Origin: a virus
Lineage: Duplodnaviria; Caudoviricetes
DNA: 26,392 bases
Virus record (IMG/VR): IMGVR_UViG_3300020276_000007
Location: 1-26,392 of that record
Reading direction: 5' to 3' (one strand)
Numbering within the stretch: position 1 is the first letter of the stretch; each line of letters opens with the position of its first letter. Under the pieces are notes generated by a model. The model was not told the origin of the DNA, searched no databases, and saw only the letters and a list, made by a program, of their open reading frames with translations. A program made the position numbers and the translations under genes. This document shows positions 6,327 to 15,223 of the stretch, piece after piece.

Positions 6327-7368
6327 ACAACCCCTTTAACATAGTTTTGAGTCTGTTTTTATCAAGATTATTTACATCTAAATCATCAACATAACTATCT
6401 AATAAAGTCATAGTGTCTTGAGCATTCTCTATAATTTCATCTTTAACATTTTCTGCTTTTAAATCAGAAAAATCTTCAATGATTTTGACATCATGCGCCA
6501 TTGATTCTGTTAAAACTTTATCTACAAATCTATCAAACTCGTATAAATCTTTTTTATTTACAACTATAAGCTTGACAAACTTATCTTTTAAATCTTCTAT
6601 TTGGCTATAATTAAATTCTTTTCCATTTGTATCATCATAATATACTTTCTTATAAATCACATATGGATTCAATACTCTTTCTAGTTCTCTTGTTTCTGTA
6701 TCAAATATGTGAAAACCTTTTGGGCATTTATCATCATTCCAATATATTTGATATGGTGTACCCAAATAAAATATGTGGCCGTCATCAGATTTTTTGTGAA
6801 AGTGACCAGAAAAGGTCATATCAAATTTATTAAATATACTTTTATCCATACCAGTTTCAGAACGCATATTATGATTCATTTCAAAACCTTTAATTTCTAA
6901 ATGTCCCATAGCAAGTGTTGCTTTACTGTTTTTCATTTCTTCTAAAGTTCTTTGATAGTTTGAAGAATTAATCCAAGGTATAAAAAATATTGGTACATCA
7001 TCAAAAACTACATCTTGTGCTTCAGAATATATCTTTATGTTATCATAACGACCACCAATTAACTCATCAAGTGAATTCACTTCATTTGTGTTCTTAAAGT
7101 ATGTATCGTGATTACCTACTATCATATGCACATTAATATCACTCGTCACAAAAGTTTCACAAAACTTCTCTCTAAAATCTTTTGCAATCTTATATGATAC
7201 AAACTTTCTTCTATCCATTACATCACCTAAATGAATACAAGTTTTAATATTATGTTCTTTTAAATATGGGAAAAATATATCTTCATAGAATCTGAAGAAA
7301 TAAGAGTTAAATTGTTCGTGGTCATTTCGTGCACCGAAATGAGTGTCAGTAATCAATGCTATTTTCAT
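6298..7368 (-). CDS. gp47: recombination endonuclease subunit, Mre11/SbcD-like
   Basis: Metallophosphoesterase motifs DTHFG, GDVMD, GNHD, GHFH. Upstream of gp46. Confidence 0.97.
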   Translation of the reverse strand: MKIALITDTHFGARNDHEQFNSYFFRFYEDIFFPYLKEHNIKTCIHLGDVMDRRKFVSYKIAKDFREKFCETFVTSDINVHMIVGNHDTYFKNTNEVNSLDELIGGRYDNIKIYSEAQDVVFDDVPIFFIPWINSSNYQRTLEEMKNSKATLAMGHLEIKGFEMNHNMRSETGMDKSIFNKFDMTFSGHFHKKSDDGHIFYLGTPYQIYWNDDKCPKGFHIFDTETRELERVLNPYVIYKKVYYDDTNGKEFNYSQIEDLKDKFVKLIVVNKKDLYEFDRFVDKVLTESMAHDVKIIEDFSDLKAENVKDEIIENAQDTMTLLDSYVDDLDVNNLDKNRLKTMLKGLYVEASNMEI

Positions 7369-7371
7369 AAT

Positions 7372-7803
7372 CTAGTCTATAAAACCTTGTGCCTTTAAAT
7401 ATTTTCTATTTTGTAAATGATGTTCTTCAATCTGTTGTTTAGATTGTCCTGTGTATTCAACACCTATGTTGTGTTTAATCATATATTCAACTATACCCAT
7501 TTGTCTATCTTCTTCACCATCATATATCTGAAAGTCACCAAGTATTCTACCAAACTTTCCTGACTTATCTTTATATGTTATTAGTGTTTGAGTTGAACCC
7601 ACTGGCAAGAATCCTTCCACACACTTTTTTGCGTACAGACCAGCTTTCTTTTCTTCCAAATCTCTTGTTCTTGATTCTGGTGCATCAATGCCAACAAGTC
7701 TGACTCTTTCATTGTGTATCCAAGTACCGAAACCCAAATCAATGTCCACATCAATAGTGTCACCATCCACAATCTTGACGATTTTACATTTATATTCATA
7801 CAT
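7372..7803 (-). CDS. thermonuclease (SNase)-family nuclease
   Basis: VKIVDGDTIDV, RVRLVGIDAPE, GKFGRILG motifs. No signal peptide. Confidence 0.9.
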   Translation of the reverse strand: MYEYKCKIVKIVDGDTIDVDIDLGFGTWIHNERVRLVGIDAPESRTRDLEEKKAGLYAKKCVEGFLPVGSTQTLITYKDKSGKFGRILGDFQIYDGEEDRQMGIVEYMIKHNIGVEYTGQSKQQIEEHHLQNRKYLKAQGFID

Positions 7804-7812
7804 ATTCTTTCC

Positions 7813-8055
7813 TTATACCAATGAAGAAGTACCATTCTTAGAATTTATATAACTAACTAATTCTGTATATCCACCTATGTGTTCGTCATCATACCATATT
7901 TGTGGCACAGTTTTATAACCTTGTTCAGTAATAAATTCTTTAGATTTTTTATCTTCATCAATATATATTTTTTCAAAAGGTAATTTGTTTATAGACAAAA
8001 GTTGTTCTGCCCTTTGACAATATAAACAAGTTTTTGTTGCATATACCTTATACAT
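7813..8055 (-). CDS. glutaredoxin
   Basis: CLYC dithiol, KTVPQI cis-Pro motif, HIGGYTEL. Confidence 0.92.
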   Translation of the reverse strand: MYKVYATKTCLYCQRAEQLLSINKLPFEKIYIDEDKKSKEFITEQGYKTVPQIWYDDEHIGGYTELVSYINSKNGTSSLV

Positions 8056-8244
8056 TTACTTATTCTTTTTTAAATGAGCATGTAGTTCATCAACTAAAGT
8101 ATCTTTAGCAAATCTTCTATCAAGCTCTATACCGTGTTTTCTACCAAACTTTTCTAGTTCAGATTTTGTCATCATTAATAATTTTGATTTACTAATAATG
8201 GCTTTTGGTTTTGAACCAAACAGATTTTTAATAAAACTAAACAT
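8056..8244 (-). CDS. small basic protein with helix-extension-helix (Rho-N/SAP-like) motif
   Basis: MTKSELEKFGRKHGIELDRRFAKDTLVDEL pattern. RBS AAGGA. Confidence 0.65.
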   Translation of the reverse strand: MFSFIKNLFGSKPKAIISKSKLLMMTKSELEKFGRKHGIELDRRFAKDTLVDELHAHLKKNK

Positions 8245-8378
8245 TATTTTTTCCTTGTTTTTAATATAAGTTTAATATGTTTTCTTTCAAGTTTTTTGGC
8301 CTTTTTTAGTTTATGTTTTGCAAAAGCCTTTAACAATCTTAACCACACCTCTTTTAATTTATTTATCTTTTTCTTCAT
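8244..8378 (-). CDS. 44-aa highly cationic amphipathic peptide (not in supplied track)
   Basis: MKKKINKLKEVWLRLLKAFAKHKLKKAKKLERKHIKLILKTRKK*. Overlaps the gp55 end, TAATG-coupled to the next gene, fills the intergenic gap exactly. Confidence 0.6.
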   Translation of the reverse strand: MKKKINKLKEVWLRLLKAFAKHKLKKAKKLERKHIKLILKTRKK

Positions 8379-8907
8379 AAAAATTCTCTAAACTCTTTTT
8401 AGTTTCTTTTTTCTTTGAGGATGCAGCTTTATATACATCACCATCTTGAGGTAACATATTCTTTTGTAGATAATCTAAATATTGATTACCATAATTTGTA
8501 TCATCTAAAGGATTCTGATCAAATGTAGGCATCATACTTCTTTCTATAATTTTATGTTTTGTATGTGTTTGCTTCTTTTCTTTTTGTATTCTACGAATAA
8601 AAGCATAATAAATTATTTGTGTAAAGTATGAAAATGGATTCTTAGATTTCTCTGGATTGAAGTTGTTCACATACTGTAAGCAATTTTCTATTCCATCCCC
8701 TATCATTTCCTCTTTAAATGTGTAATTAATAAAGTTAGGGCGATAAGATAAATGCTGAGCAATCTTTAAAAAACATTCACCTATATAATCTGTTACAGGT
8801 GGTATCTCTTCACCTGCTGATTCAGCCTCTTTTACTTTCTCTTTCCATGCAGAGATAGCTTCTAGAAACTGTTTATTATTTACATAATGTTTTGCTGCTG
8901 CAGCCAT
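8359..8907 (-). CDS. gp55: sigma factor for late transcription
   Basis: HYVNNKQFL, YIGECFLKIA, PNFINYT..EMIGDGIENC, NPFSYFTQIIYYAFIRRIQKEKKQ. Confidence 0.97.
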   Translation of the reverse strand: MAAAAKHYVNNKQFLEAISAWKEKVKEAESAGEEIPPVTDYIGECFLKIAQHLSYRPNFINYTFKEEMIGDGIENCLQYVNNFNPEKSKNPFSYFTQIIYYAFIRRIQKEKKQTHTKHKIIERSMMPTFDQNPLDDTNYGNQYLDYLQKNMLPQDGDVYKAASSKKKETKKSLENFYEEKDK

Positions 8908-8925
8908 TTAAATATCCTTTTAGCT

Positions 8926-8954
8926 AAAGTATCATACTTATTACAATATGTCAA
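8926..8954 (-). promoter_or_regulatory. probable sigma70 promoter of gp55
   Basis: TTGACA-17 nt-TACTTT with TG extension. RBS AAGGA follows. Confidence 0.6.
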
Positions 8955-8978
8955 TTGCAAACTAAATGTTTTTTAGCA

Positions 8979-9007
8979 TTGACAAGTGATAAACTCGTTG
9001 GTATAAT
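8979..9007 (+). promoter_or_regulatory. perfect-consensus sigma70 promoter in antisense orientation
   Basis: TTGACA-AGTGATAAACTCGTTGG (17 nt)-TATAAT with extended -10 TG, pointing into the 3' end of the minus-strand gene 9028..9489. Confidence 0.8.
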
Positions 9008-9027
9008 ATTCTTGTATTCCATTGGAG

Positions 9028-9489
9028 TTAATGTTCTGTTTCTTCATAATCATATGGTGTATTTTGAAATTGTTCAATTAAATCATCTAAATCAATATCT
9101 TTCTTAGACCTTACTTTTTCTTCATCATCTTTTTTTGTTTTATAATTATAATCTTTATCTGTATATTTTGATGCATCATCAAACTCTTTATACCTTTTAA
9201 TTACATATTCATAATATTTACTTAAACCTTCTGAAACTGCATAATGCACAATTACTTGGTTTTTATTTATAGCAAAAGTGTCTTCTTTGGTAAATGTTGC
9301 CCATCTTCTTAAAGCAAGATTTTCTTCGTATTTACCATCTTTATTCATAGTGTCAACTGTAACCATTTTCAAAGGTAATGACACTTTAAAATAACCTGAA
9401 TCTAAATTACTTAACATACAGATAATTTCATCACCATTGATGAGTTTAAATATTCTATATGATTGTTTTATTTCAGATAGTTTATTCAT
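9028..9489 (-). CDS. conserved T4-like protein between uvsW and gp55 (Sm-like fold candidate)
   Basis: IFKLINGDEIIC N-terminal motif and conserved position upstream of gp55. Confidence 0.7.
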   Translation of the reverse strand: MNKLSEIKQSYRIFKLINGDEIICMLSNLDSGYFKVSLPLKMVTVDTMNKDGKYEENLALRRWATFTKEDTFAINKNQVIVHYAVSEGLSKYYEYVIKRYKEFDDASKYTDKDYNYKTKKDDEEKVRSKKDIDLDDLIEQFQNTPYDYEETEH

Positions 9490-9733
9490 TCCATTTTCTC
9501 AAAGCTTGTGCTTTAGGTATCCAATCTTCTGGTGGCTGTTCAAAATTAACATTTTTAAAGTCAACCTTTTCCCAGAAGTGATTAAATAGCTCTTCTTCAT
9601 TCACTCCTGCTACTGCAAAGTTTTCATACATTTCAGCAATACTTTTTTTTACTTTTTCTTTATTGTATTCAACTAATCTTTTATAGTCGTACATCTCTTT
9701 GAACTTTTCATAATCTTTTTTTGATATTGTCAT
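9482..9733 (-). CDS. hypothetical protein
   Basis: 83-aa ORF, ATGA overlap with the uvsW stop and 8-nt overlap with the next gene. Confidence 0.75.
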   Translation of the reverse strand: MTISKKDYEKFKEMYDYKRLVEYNKEKVKKSIAEMYENFAVAGVNEEELFNHFWEKVDFKNVNFEQPPEDWIPKAQALRKWNE

Positions 9734-11169
9734 ATATTAATCCTGTGTATAGTATAGTCAAACTGTTCTTCGTTATAGATATTTATTCTTTCCATAAAGT
9801 GGCGTAATGTAAAGTTTTGTTTACCTTTGTATGTTAAATCATCAGCAATATCAAATAACTTACACATTTCTTTATTATCATTTAATCTTAAACCTCTACC
9901 TATAGATTGTAACACTCTTATTTTACTTTTACTTGGACTACTGAATATTATATTATGTAGATTTTTAATATTAATACCTGTAGAAAATGTACCATAAGAT
10001 GCTACAATAACAGCATTATTTGTTTTTTCTGATATCTCTCTGATCTTTTCTCTATCTAATGCATCAACAGAACCACTTACAAAAAATACATTTTTGTCTT
10101 TGTATTTTTGTTTTATTGTATCATACAAAGGTTTACCATGCTTTTCAACAAATTGATATAACACTAAAACATTTCCCTTGACATTACCTAATAAATTAGT
10201 TATAAAGGACAATCGTTTTTTGTGTGTCACAATGTAATCCATTTCATCTGCATATTTTAAATTTTTAACATCCTTACATTCATCTTCTTTATACCCTAAA
10301 ATTAAACTATCAATTTTTAAATTGGCAAGTGTTTTCTTTTCAATTAATTCTTTTGTAGATATAACTTTATTTACAGTACCAAATAAACCTTCTAGTACAA
10401 GTCTATGTGTTTGTAAATCATCAAGTGTTCCTGTTAGACCAAAACGATATTTACATAAATGCAATTTTGACATTATACTTGTTAATGATTTCGCTTTAAA
10501 TAAATGTGCCTCGTCACCTATTACACAACCAAACTGCTCAAAATATTTTTTCGGAAATTTGTATATTGATTGCCAAGTAGAGATGACAACATCTTTGGTA
10601 ACTTTCTTATCGTGACCAGAATATATTTTTTGTATATACGCATCTAACCAACCATAATCAATAAAGTCAGTTGCCATTTGTTCTACCAAACTTGTAGTCG
10701 GAACTAGTATCAAAGTTTTAAGATTCTTTTCGTGACACCATCTTGTCAAACCATAAATGATTAACGATTTACCAGATGCAGTAGGACAAACAAGAAGACC
10801 ACGACATTTTCTGGTACCAAAAAGAATACTAGAAATTTGATAATCACGAGCTTTGTATGGTATTTTAAGGTGTTTAATAAATGATTTAACTGTAGACTCA
10901 TCTATATCCTCGGGTTTAGCATTGAACTCTAAACTGTATTCAATGTCATTTCTTTTACAGAAATCTCTAATATAGGGTAACAATCCCAAATAGATTTGTC
11001 CTGTAGCAATTGAGAATAGTCGTATTTTTCCATCCCATACTTTATTTCTATATGCGGGCATAAATTTTGCACCAGGGACTTCAAAGGTAAAATACTCTGA
11101 GAGCTCTCTTGCGATATGTGGTTCAGTTGTAATCTTTGCATATACTTCATTTTTTTTCTCTATCTTCAT
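9730..11169 (-). CDS. uvsW: SF2 DNA helicase UvsW
   Basis: WDGKIRLF, RDYQ, PTASGKS, DEAH, TGT, QSIGRGLR motifs. Start is 11169 or 11178. Confidence 0.97.
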   Translation of the reverse strand: MKIEKKNEVYAKITTEPHIARELSEYFTFEVPGAKFMPAYRNKVWDGKIRLFSIATGQIYLGLLPYIRDFCKRNDIEYSLEFNAKPEDIDESTVKSFIKHLKIPYKARDYQISSILFGTRKCRGLLVCPTASGKSLIIYGLTRWCHEKNLKTLILVPTTSLVEQMATDFIDYGWLDAYIQKIYSGHDKKVTKDVVISTWQSIYKFPKKYFEQFGCVIGDEAHLFKAKSLTSIMSKLHLCKYRFGLTGTLDDLQTHRLVLEGLFGTVNKVISTKELIEKKTLANLKIDSLILGYKEDECKDVKNLKYADEMDYIVTHKKRLSFITNLLGNVKGNVLVLYQFVEKHGKPLYDTIKQKYKDKNVFFVSGSVDALDREKIREISEKTNNAVIVASYGTFSTGINIKNLHNIIFSSPSKSKIRVLQSIGRGLRLNDNKEMCKLFDIADDLTYKGKQNFTLRHFMERINIYNEEQFDYTIHRINI

Positions 11170-11893
11170 AAGGTACATCTTCCTTATCTAGTTCTGGCCA
11201 CTTACCCTCTTTATCTCTTTGTCTATAATTTAATTCTGCATCAGCTTCACTAGCAGCTCTCACTTTATTCATATCTTTAAAATCGTGAGAAACACCAAGT
11301 GCTGGTCTAGAGTCAAATTTACAAAAATCAGCGTACGGGCCTTCTTGATTTACATAATGTAAGAACACTTGAGTTTGCCAAGCACCTTCAGGAACTTCAA
11401 ATGCTTCTCTCCAATGTTCTATTTCACAACCTCTATATATGACACCATCACCAGGTTCCATTGGTATCATCTTTCCTTTTGTACCTCTCTCACCATTCTC
11501 GGGTCCTACATGCATACCCCAATTATAATCTTTTTTATCTTTGTAATCATAACCTAAACAACAGGTTATTGATATTTCACAAGATGGTCTATCCTTATGC
11601 CTTTTTAACATATCACCTGGTTTATATAATCTATAATAAGAATATGTCGGCCATAATTTTAAACCAGTCCACTTTTCCATATGTGGTGTACTAAACTTTA
11701 ATAATGTTTCCATAAGTGGGTCGCCATAAACACTATGACTGCCTGGAATCTGAGCACTTTCCGCTTCTGGTTGAAACATTCTCACTCTATCAAAGTGTGA
11801 ATACTGACTTGCAATCTTTGCAATCTCTTTAGGTATCATCTCTTTGATTAGAATATATTTCTTTTCTTTAAAAAATTTTACTGTATCAATCAT
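11147..11893 (-). CDS. 2OG-Fe(II) oxygenase-superfamily protein
   Basis: PTYSYYRLY..L.RHKDRPSCEIS (HxD), PGDGVIYRGCEIEHWRE, QVFLHY. Start moved to ATG 11893 (ATGA overlap). Confidence 0.85.
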   Translation of the reverse strand: MIDTVKFFKEKKYILIKEMIPKEIAKIASQYSHFDRVRMFQPEAESAQIPGSHSVYGDPLMETLLKFSTPHMEKWTGLKLWPTYSYYRLYKPGDMLKRHKDRPSCEISITCCLGYDYKDKKDYNWGMHVGPENGERGTKGKMIPMEPGDGVIYRGCEIEHWREAFEVPEGAWQTQVFLHYVNQEGPYADFCKFDSRPALGVSHDFKDMNKVRAASEADAELNYRQRDKEGKWPELDKEDVPYEDREKK

Positions 11894-12753
11894 TTGAACA
11901 TCTTCCCTAAATTCCAAATAACTAAAGAGTATCTTGTTCCTTGAGTTACGGGTGTTACCTGATGATGAATAAAAGAAGGAAACACAATTATTGAACCTCT
12001 AGGTCTTATTTCTTTACAGAGGTGATATCTCTTTCCCCCTGCGTGTGGTCCTAAGTCAAACTTTAAATCACCACCTTTATAATGTTTTGGATTAGTCAAG
12101 TTTACTGTTACAGAAAGCTTTCTTGTTTTCCAAAACTGATTCGGATTATCAACAAAACCAGGTGCAGGTACATACCTTTTTACACCTTTAAATTTACCAT
12201 CTCTATATGTTTCATCAAACTCTAATTCTTTACCTTCATCATTTTTGACTATTACATATTCACCTTTTTCATCTTTTCGTCTTTGTTCTTTTACTGTAGG
12301 GTCAAAAGGTATGTATGGTCTTGTTCCACCATCTGTATGCCATGCATAAAACATACCAGGATGATAAACAGTAAATTGACAAGTTTCAGAAAAATCCCAT
12401 TCAAAGTTCCAGCCTGCTTTTTGATTTGCTTCGTGTATAAATGGGTGAATCAATTCATAAATCCATTTATCTGCTAACCATCCAACTTTAGTATCTCTTA
12501 CATATATATCTTCGTCTTTGATACCTTTTTTTCTTCTACCTTCATTAGTTAAGTTATTTGCAGCTATACTTCCAGCATTAGATACCTCACCACCTTTTTG
12601 TTTAAAGTCAAAAGTTGTAGCATCTGTTGCTTTTTTCCCTGCTTTTTGTTCTGTGAGAGTCATATCAGACAACCCTCTTTCTATAATTGCATTACATTGT
12701 TCATCTGTTAAGGCCGATTGAAACCAATAGTAATTAGTATCTACTATACTCAT
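11890..12753 (-). CDS. PKHD/prolyl-4-hydroxylase-like 2OG-Fe(II) oxygenase with large insertions
   Basis: QFTVY..FYAWHTD, RKLSVTVNL, Y.GGDL.F, GSIIVFPSF..HQVTPVTQGTRYSLVIW. Start moved to ATG 12753 (GGAGG RBS, ATGA overlap with uvsY). Confidence 0.9.
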   Translation of the reverse strand: MSIVDTNYYWFQSALTDEQCNAIIERGLSDMTLTEQKAGKKATDATTFDFKQKGGEVSNAGSIAANNLTNEGRRKKGIKDEDIYVRDTKVGWLADKWIYELIHPFIHEANQKAGWNFEWDFSETCQFTVYHPGMFYAWHTDGGTRPYIPFDPTVKEQRRKDEKGEYVIVKNDEGKELEFDETYRDGKFKGVKRYVPAPGFVDNPNQFWKTRKLSVTVNLTNPKHYKGGDLKFDLGPHAGGKRYHLCKEIRPRGSIIVFPSFIHHQVTPVTQGTRYSLVIWNLGKMFK

Positions 12754-13160
12754 AGCGCACCCTCCGTATATTTTATCCAAGTAGTAATATTTCTTAATTG
12801 AAAACCACGGTTATGTAAATTTTTAACAATGTGTTCTAGATATCCATTTACGACTTTTAAATAATCTAATTTAGATTGTAACCTAATTAAGTCTTCGTCT
12901 GATTCTAAATATGTTGGAATGTCTTGTCTGAGTATTTTAAGTTCAAATGGTTTTTCAGATTTACCTGAATAATATTCCCATTTCTCTTTTTTAAGAATTT
13001 TCATATCAGTTTCAGCCTTACTTAACATAAGTCTAAAATTCGTATATAATTTTAAATATTTGTTTAACAAAGCAGGACTTCTAGCTTCCTCAACATTGAT
13101 GTTTGTTTCATCAATCTTTGAATCTTTGTCAAACATTTCTTGTATTGTTTTTAAATCCAT
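12750..13160 (-). CDS. uvsY: recombination mediator UvsY
   Basis: D..ID, KWEYYSGK..PF.LK, YLESDED, RGFQLRN motifs. Position after gp3. Confidence 0.92.
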   Translation of the reverse strand: MDLKTIQEMFDKDSKIDETNINVEEARSPALLNKYLKLYTNFRLMLSKAETDMKILKKEKWEYYSGKSEKPFELKILRQDIPTYLESDEDLIRLQSKLDYLKVVNGYLEHIVKNLHNRGFQLRNITTWIKYTEGAL

Positions 13161-13165
13161 AGTGT

Positions 13166-13194
13166 ATTATATATCATAATTAATAAAAAGTCAA
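13166..13194 (-). promoter_or_regulatory. sigma70 promoter of uvsY, leaderless geometry
   Basis: TTGACT-17 nt-TATAAT-ACACT-ATG, no SD. Confidence 0.8.
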
Positions 13195-13202
13195 TGCACC
13201 TA

Positions 13203-13793
13203 TTATAAATCTTGAAATTTGTATAATTGGTATTGAAATGTTGCTTGTGCTGTCATATACTGTACATCACCAGCATCGTTAGTGTAATTTAGACCAGACA
13301 ATGCAACAGGATAAACATTTGAAAACAATACATTTAATATAGGATTGTTTTTGTTTGATAGTAAAGTTAAAGTTGCATCAGAGTACATAGAAGTGTCAGG
13401 TGTTCTAGCCTTTGGAGTATCTGAACGATTTGGTGTTACAGTATTACTAAAAGGCATTCTATCTACATTTTCTTCTCTAAAACTTTTAAATTGTTGTCTA
13501 TCTTCAGGAAAACCTATTGCTGTAATCCAATTATGTAACTCTCTATAGTTTTCTAGTTTTTCATCTACTATAAAAGTTATCTCTAAATTTTCATAAGTTA
13601 CTTTATCAGGTAACACAGGAATATTTTTAAAAGGTGTAGGAAATACTGCTTCACCCATATTGATACCTGGAACATTACAGGCCTGTGTGAAGAACTGAAC
13701 TTTAGGTAATTGAAGAATAGAAAACCTATACTGCGATGGTGCAGCATAATCAATTACATCAGGTTGTCTATTTAGTGCATTTAACTCTGTCAT
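13203..13793 (-). CDS. gp3: tail completion / sheath stabilizer protein
   Basis: PKVQFF.Q..NVPGI.MG, L.ITFIVDE.LENY.ELHNW, SDATL..L motifs. Follows gp23 as in marine T4-like phages. Confidence 0.9.
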   Translation of the reverse strand: MTELNALNRQPDVIDYAAPSQYRFSILQLPKVQFFTQACNVPGINMGEAVFPTPFKNIPVLPDKVTYENLEITFIVDEKLENYRELHNWITAIGFPEDRQQFKSFREENVDRMPFSNTVTPNRSDTPKARTPDTSMYSDATLTLLSNKNNPILNVLFSNVYPVALSGLNYTNDAGDVQYMTAQATFQYQLYKFQDL

Positions 13794-13798
13794 ACTAT

Positions 13799-13806
13799 TA
13801 TTTATA
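13799..13806 (-). promoter_or_regulatory. T4-type late promoter (gp3)
   Basis: TATAAATA-ATAGT-ATG directly after the gp23 terminator. Confidence 0.85.
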
Positions 13807-13808
13807 AC

Positions 13809-13836
13809 AAAAAAAAGGGGACCAAAGTCCCCTTTT
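13809..13836 (-). terminator. intrinsic terminator after gp23
   Basis: GGGGAC-TTTG-GTCCCC followed by T8 on the minus strand. Confidence 0.92.
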
Positions 13837-13857
13837 CTGTGGTGTGGTAGATTGTGA

Positions 13858-15198
13858 TTACATTAAGTTAGCGACTTTAACTCTTCTGTAATATTGGTTA
13901 GTTTCTTTTGTAAATGCAGTATTTGAAGAACCTGCATCGTTGTTGTCAGCTAGAGCACCAGCGTCTACAGCGAACGGGTTATCAATCATACCATATCTAG
14001 TTTTGAAACCGATTTTTGGTTGGAAAGTTTGCTCACCAACTGCTCTCACCATTTGTAGTGGAACATATGGGCAATAGAAAGTACCAGCATCATAAGGTGA
14101 AGTACCTTTATATCCAACAACATAGTATTGACTAGCAGCAACATTTGCAGCATATGGGTCAACAAATACTTTGTATCTGCCGTTTAATACACCAGCGAAA
14201 GTTGTTTGAGTGTCATCTACATTTAAGTTGTTGTTTAATGCAGGAGTGTAATCTAAGATTCCAGCCATTTGAAGAGCAGATGCAACATCAGCACTTGTTA
14301 GAATGATGTTACCTTTTCCTCTTCTTGTTTTTTGACCGATTGCATTTGCATCTCTTTCAATTTGGAACATTAGGCCTTTGAATTTTTCAACAGACCATCT
14401 ACCATTAGAGTCTGTATCTAAGTCAAAAGTACCAGCAGTTGTTGTGTTTACAGCAGCACCTTCTACGGCAGTTCTGTAAACTCTTCTTACTACTTCTCTG
14501 TTAATTTCAGCAAGTATTTCAGAAGAAAGGATGTTTGCAAGTTCTGTTTCTGCATCAAGACCGTGAATTGCTTTTAAGTCTTGTGCAAGTTCCATAGTGT
14601 ATTCAGCTTTAAGTGCTCTTGACTTAGCTGTAACAGTTGATTTCTCAATAGAGAAAGCCATTTCAGCAAAGTTGTTTTGAGAACTGTCACCTAATGCTTC
14701 AGCCTGAGCAGTAGTCATACCTTGTGTGAAAGTATAGTTACCTTCTGGTGAATCATTTAGTACACTTGGGTTAGTTCCTTGTTGTGCAGATGATAGTGAA
14801 GATGATGCGTTATCTGCAGAAAATTCTGAATCTGCTTCATCTACTAATGCTTCTGCACCAGACTGGTCATTAAATCTTGAACGCATTGCGAAAATTAAAC
14901 CAGTTGGGCCAGTCATTGGTTGCACACCACAAATGTCATATGCAATCAAGTTTGGCATAGCTCTTCTAACTAGGGAAATTAAAATTGGATCCCAGTTAGC
15001 CATTGGGTTAGAACCACCAGCAGTAGCGTTGATTGGTGTACCCTCTGACAAGAAAGCGGCATCTTCTCTAAGTGCCTTTTCTTGGTTTTCTAAAATAACG
15101 GTAGTAACGGCTCTTCTATATGCATCGTTGATTTTTGGCAAATCAGGATGGTCTAGAACGGGCTGCCACTTCTCTTGTAAATGTGTTGTTTGAAACAT
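13858..15198 (-). CDS. gp23: major capsid protein
   Basis: GVQPMTGPTGLIFAMR, KSRALKAEYTMELAQDLKAIHGLDAE, YCPYVPL, FQPKIGFKTRYG. Confidence 0.99.
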   Translation of the reverse strand: MFQTTHLQEKWQPVLDHPDLPKINDAYRRAVTTVILENQEKALREDAAFLSEGTPINATAGGSNPMANWDPILISLVRRAMPNLIAYDICGVQPMTGPTGLIFAMRSRFNDQSGAEALVDEADSEFSADNASSSLSSAQQGTNPSVLNDSPEGNYTFTQGMTTAQAEALGDSSQNNFAEMAFSIEKSTVTAKSRALKAEYTMELAQDLKAIHGLDAETELANILSSEILAEINREVVRRVYRTAVEGAAVNTTTAGTFDLDTDSNGRWSVEKFKGLMFQIERDANAIGQKTRRGKGNIILTSADVASALQMAGILDYTPALNNNLNVDDTQTTFAGVLNGRYKVFVDPYAANVAASQYYVVGYKGTSPYDAGTFYCPYVPLQMVRAVGEQTFQPKIGFKTRYGMIDNPFAVDAGALADNNDAGSSNTAFTKETNQYYRRVKVANLM

Positions 15199-15223
15199 TA
15201 GTTTCTCCTTATCTTATTTACTA

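Noticed and set aside
7581-7835. Alternative-frame minus-strand ORFs (7581..7835, 10929..11150, 15824..16051, 19540..19731, 24755..25018)
   Set aside because: Nested out of frame in recognised genes with no motifs or lipobox, so there is no support for overprinting or embedded spanins.
7813-8055. CLYC rather than CPYC glutaredoxin active site
   Set aside because: CxxC variation is common among phage glutaredoxins and is not notable alone.
9031-9081. 16-aa plus-strand ORF MFCFFIIIWCILKLFN downstream of the antisense promoter
   Set aside because: GGAG is only 3 nt from the ATG, and hydrophobicity is expected from the T-rich antisense of an A-rich gene. Not called as a CDS, though Ribo-seq could revive it.
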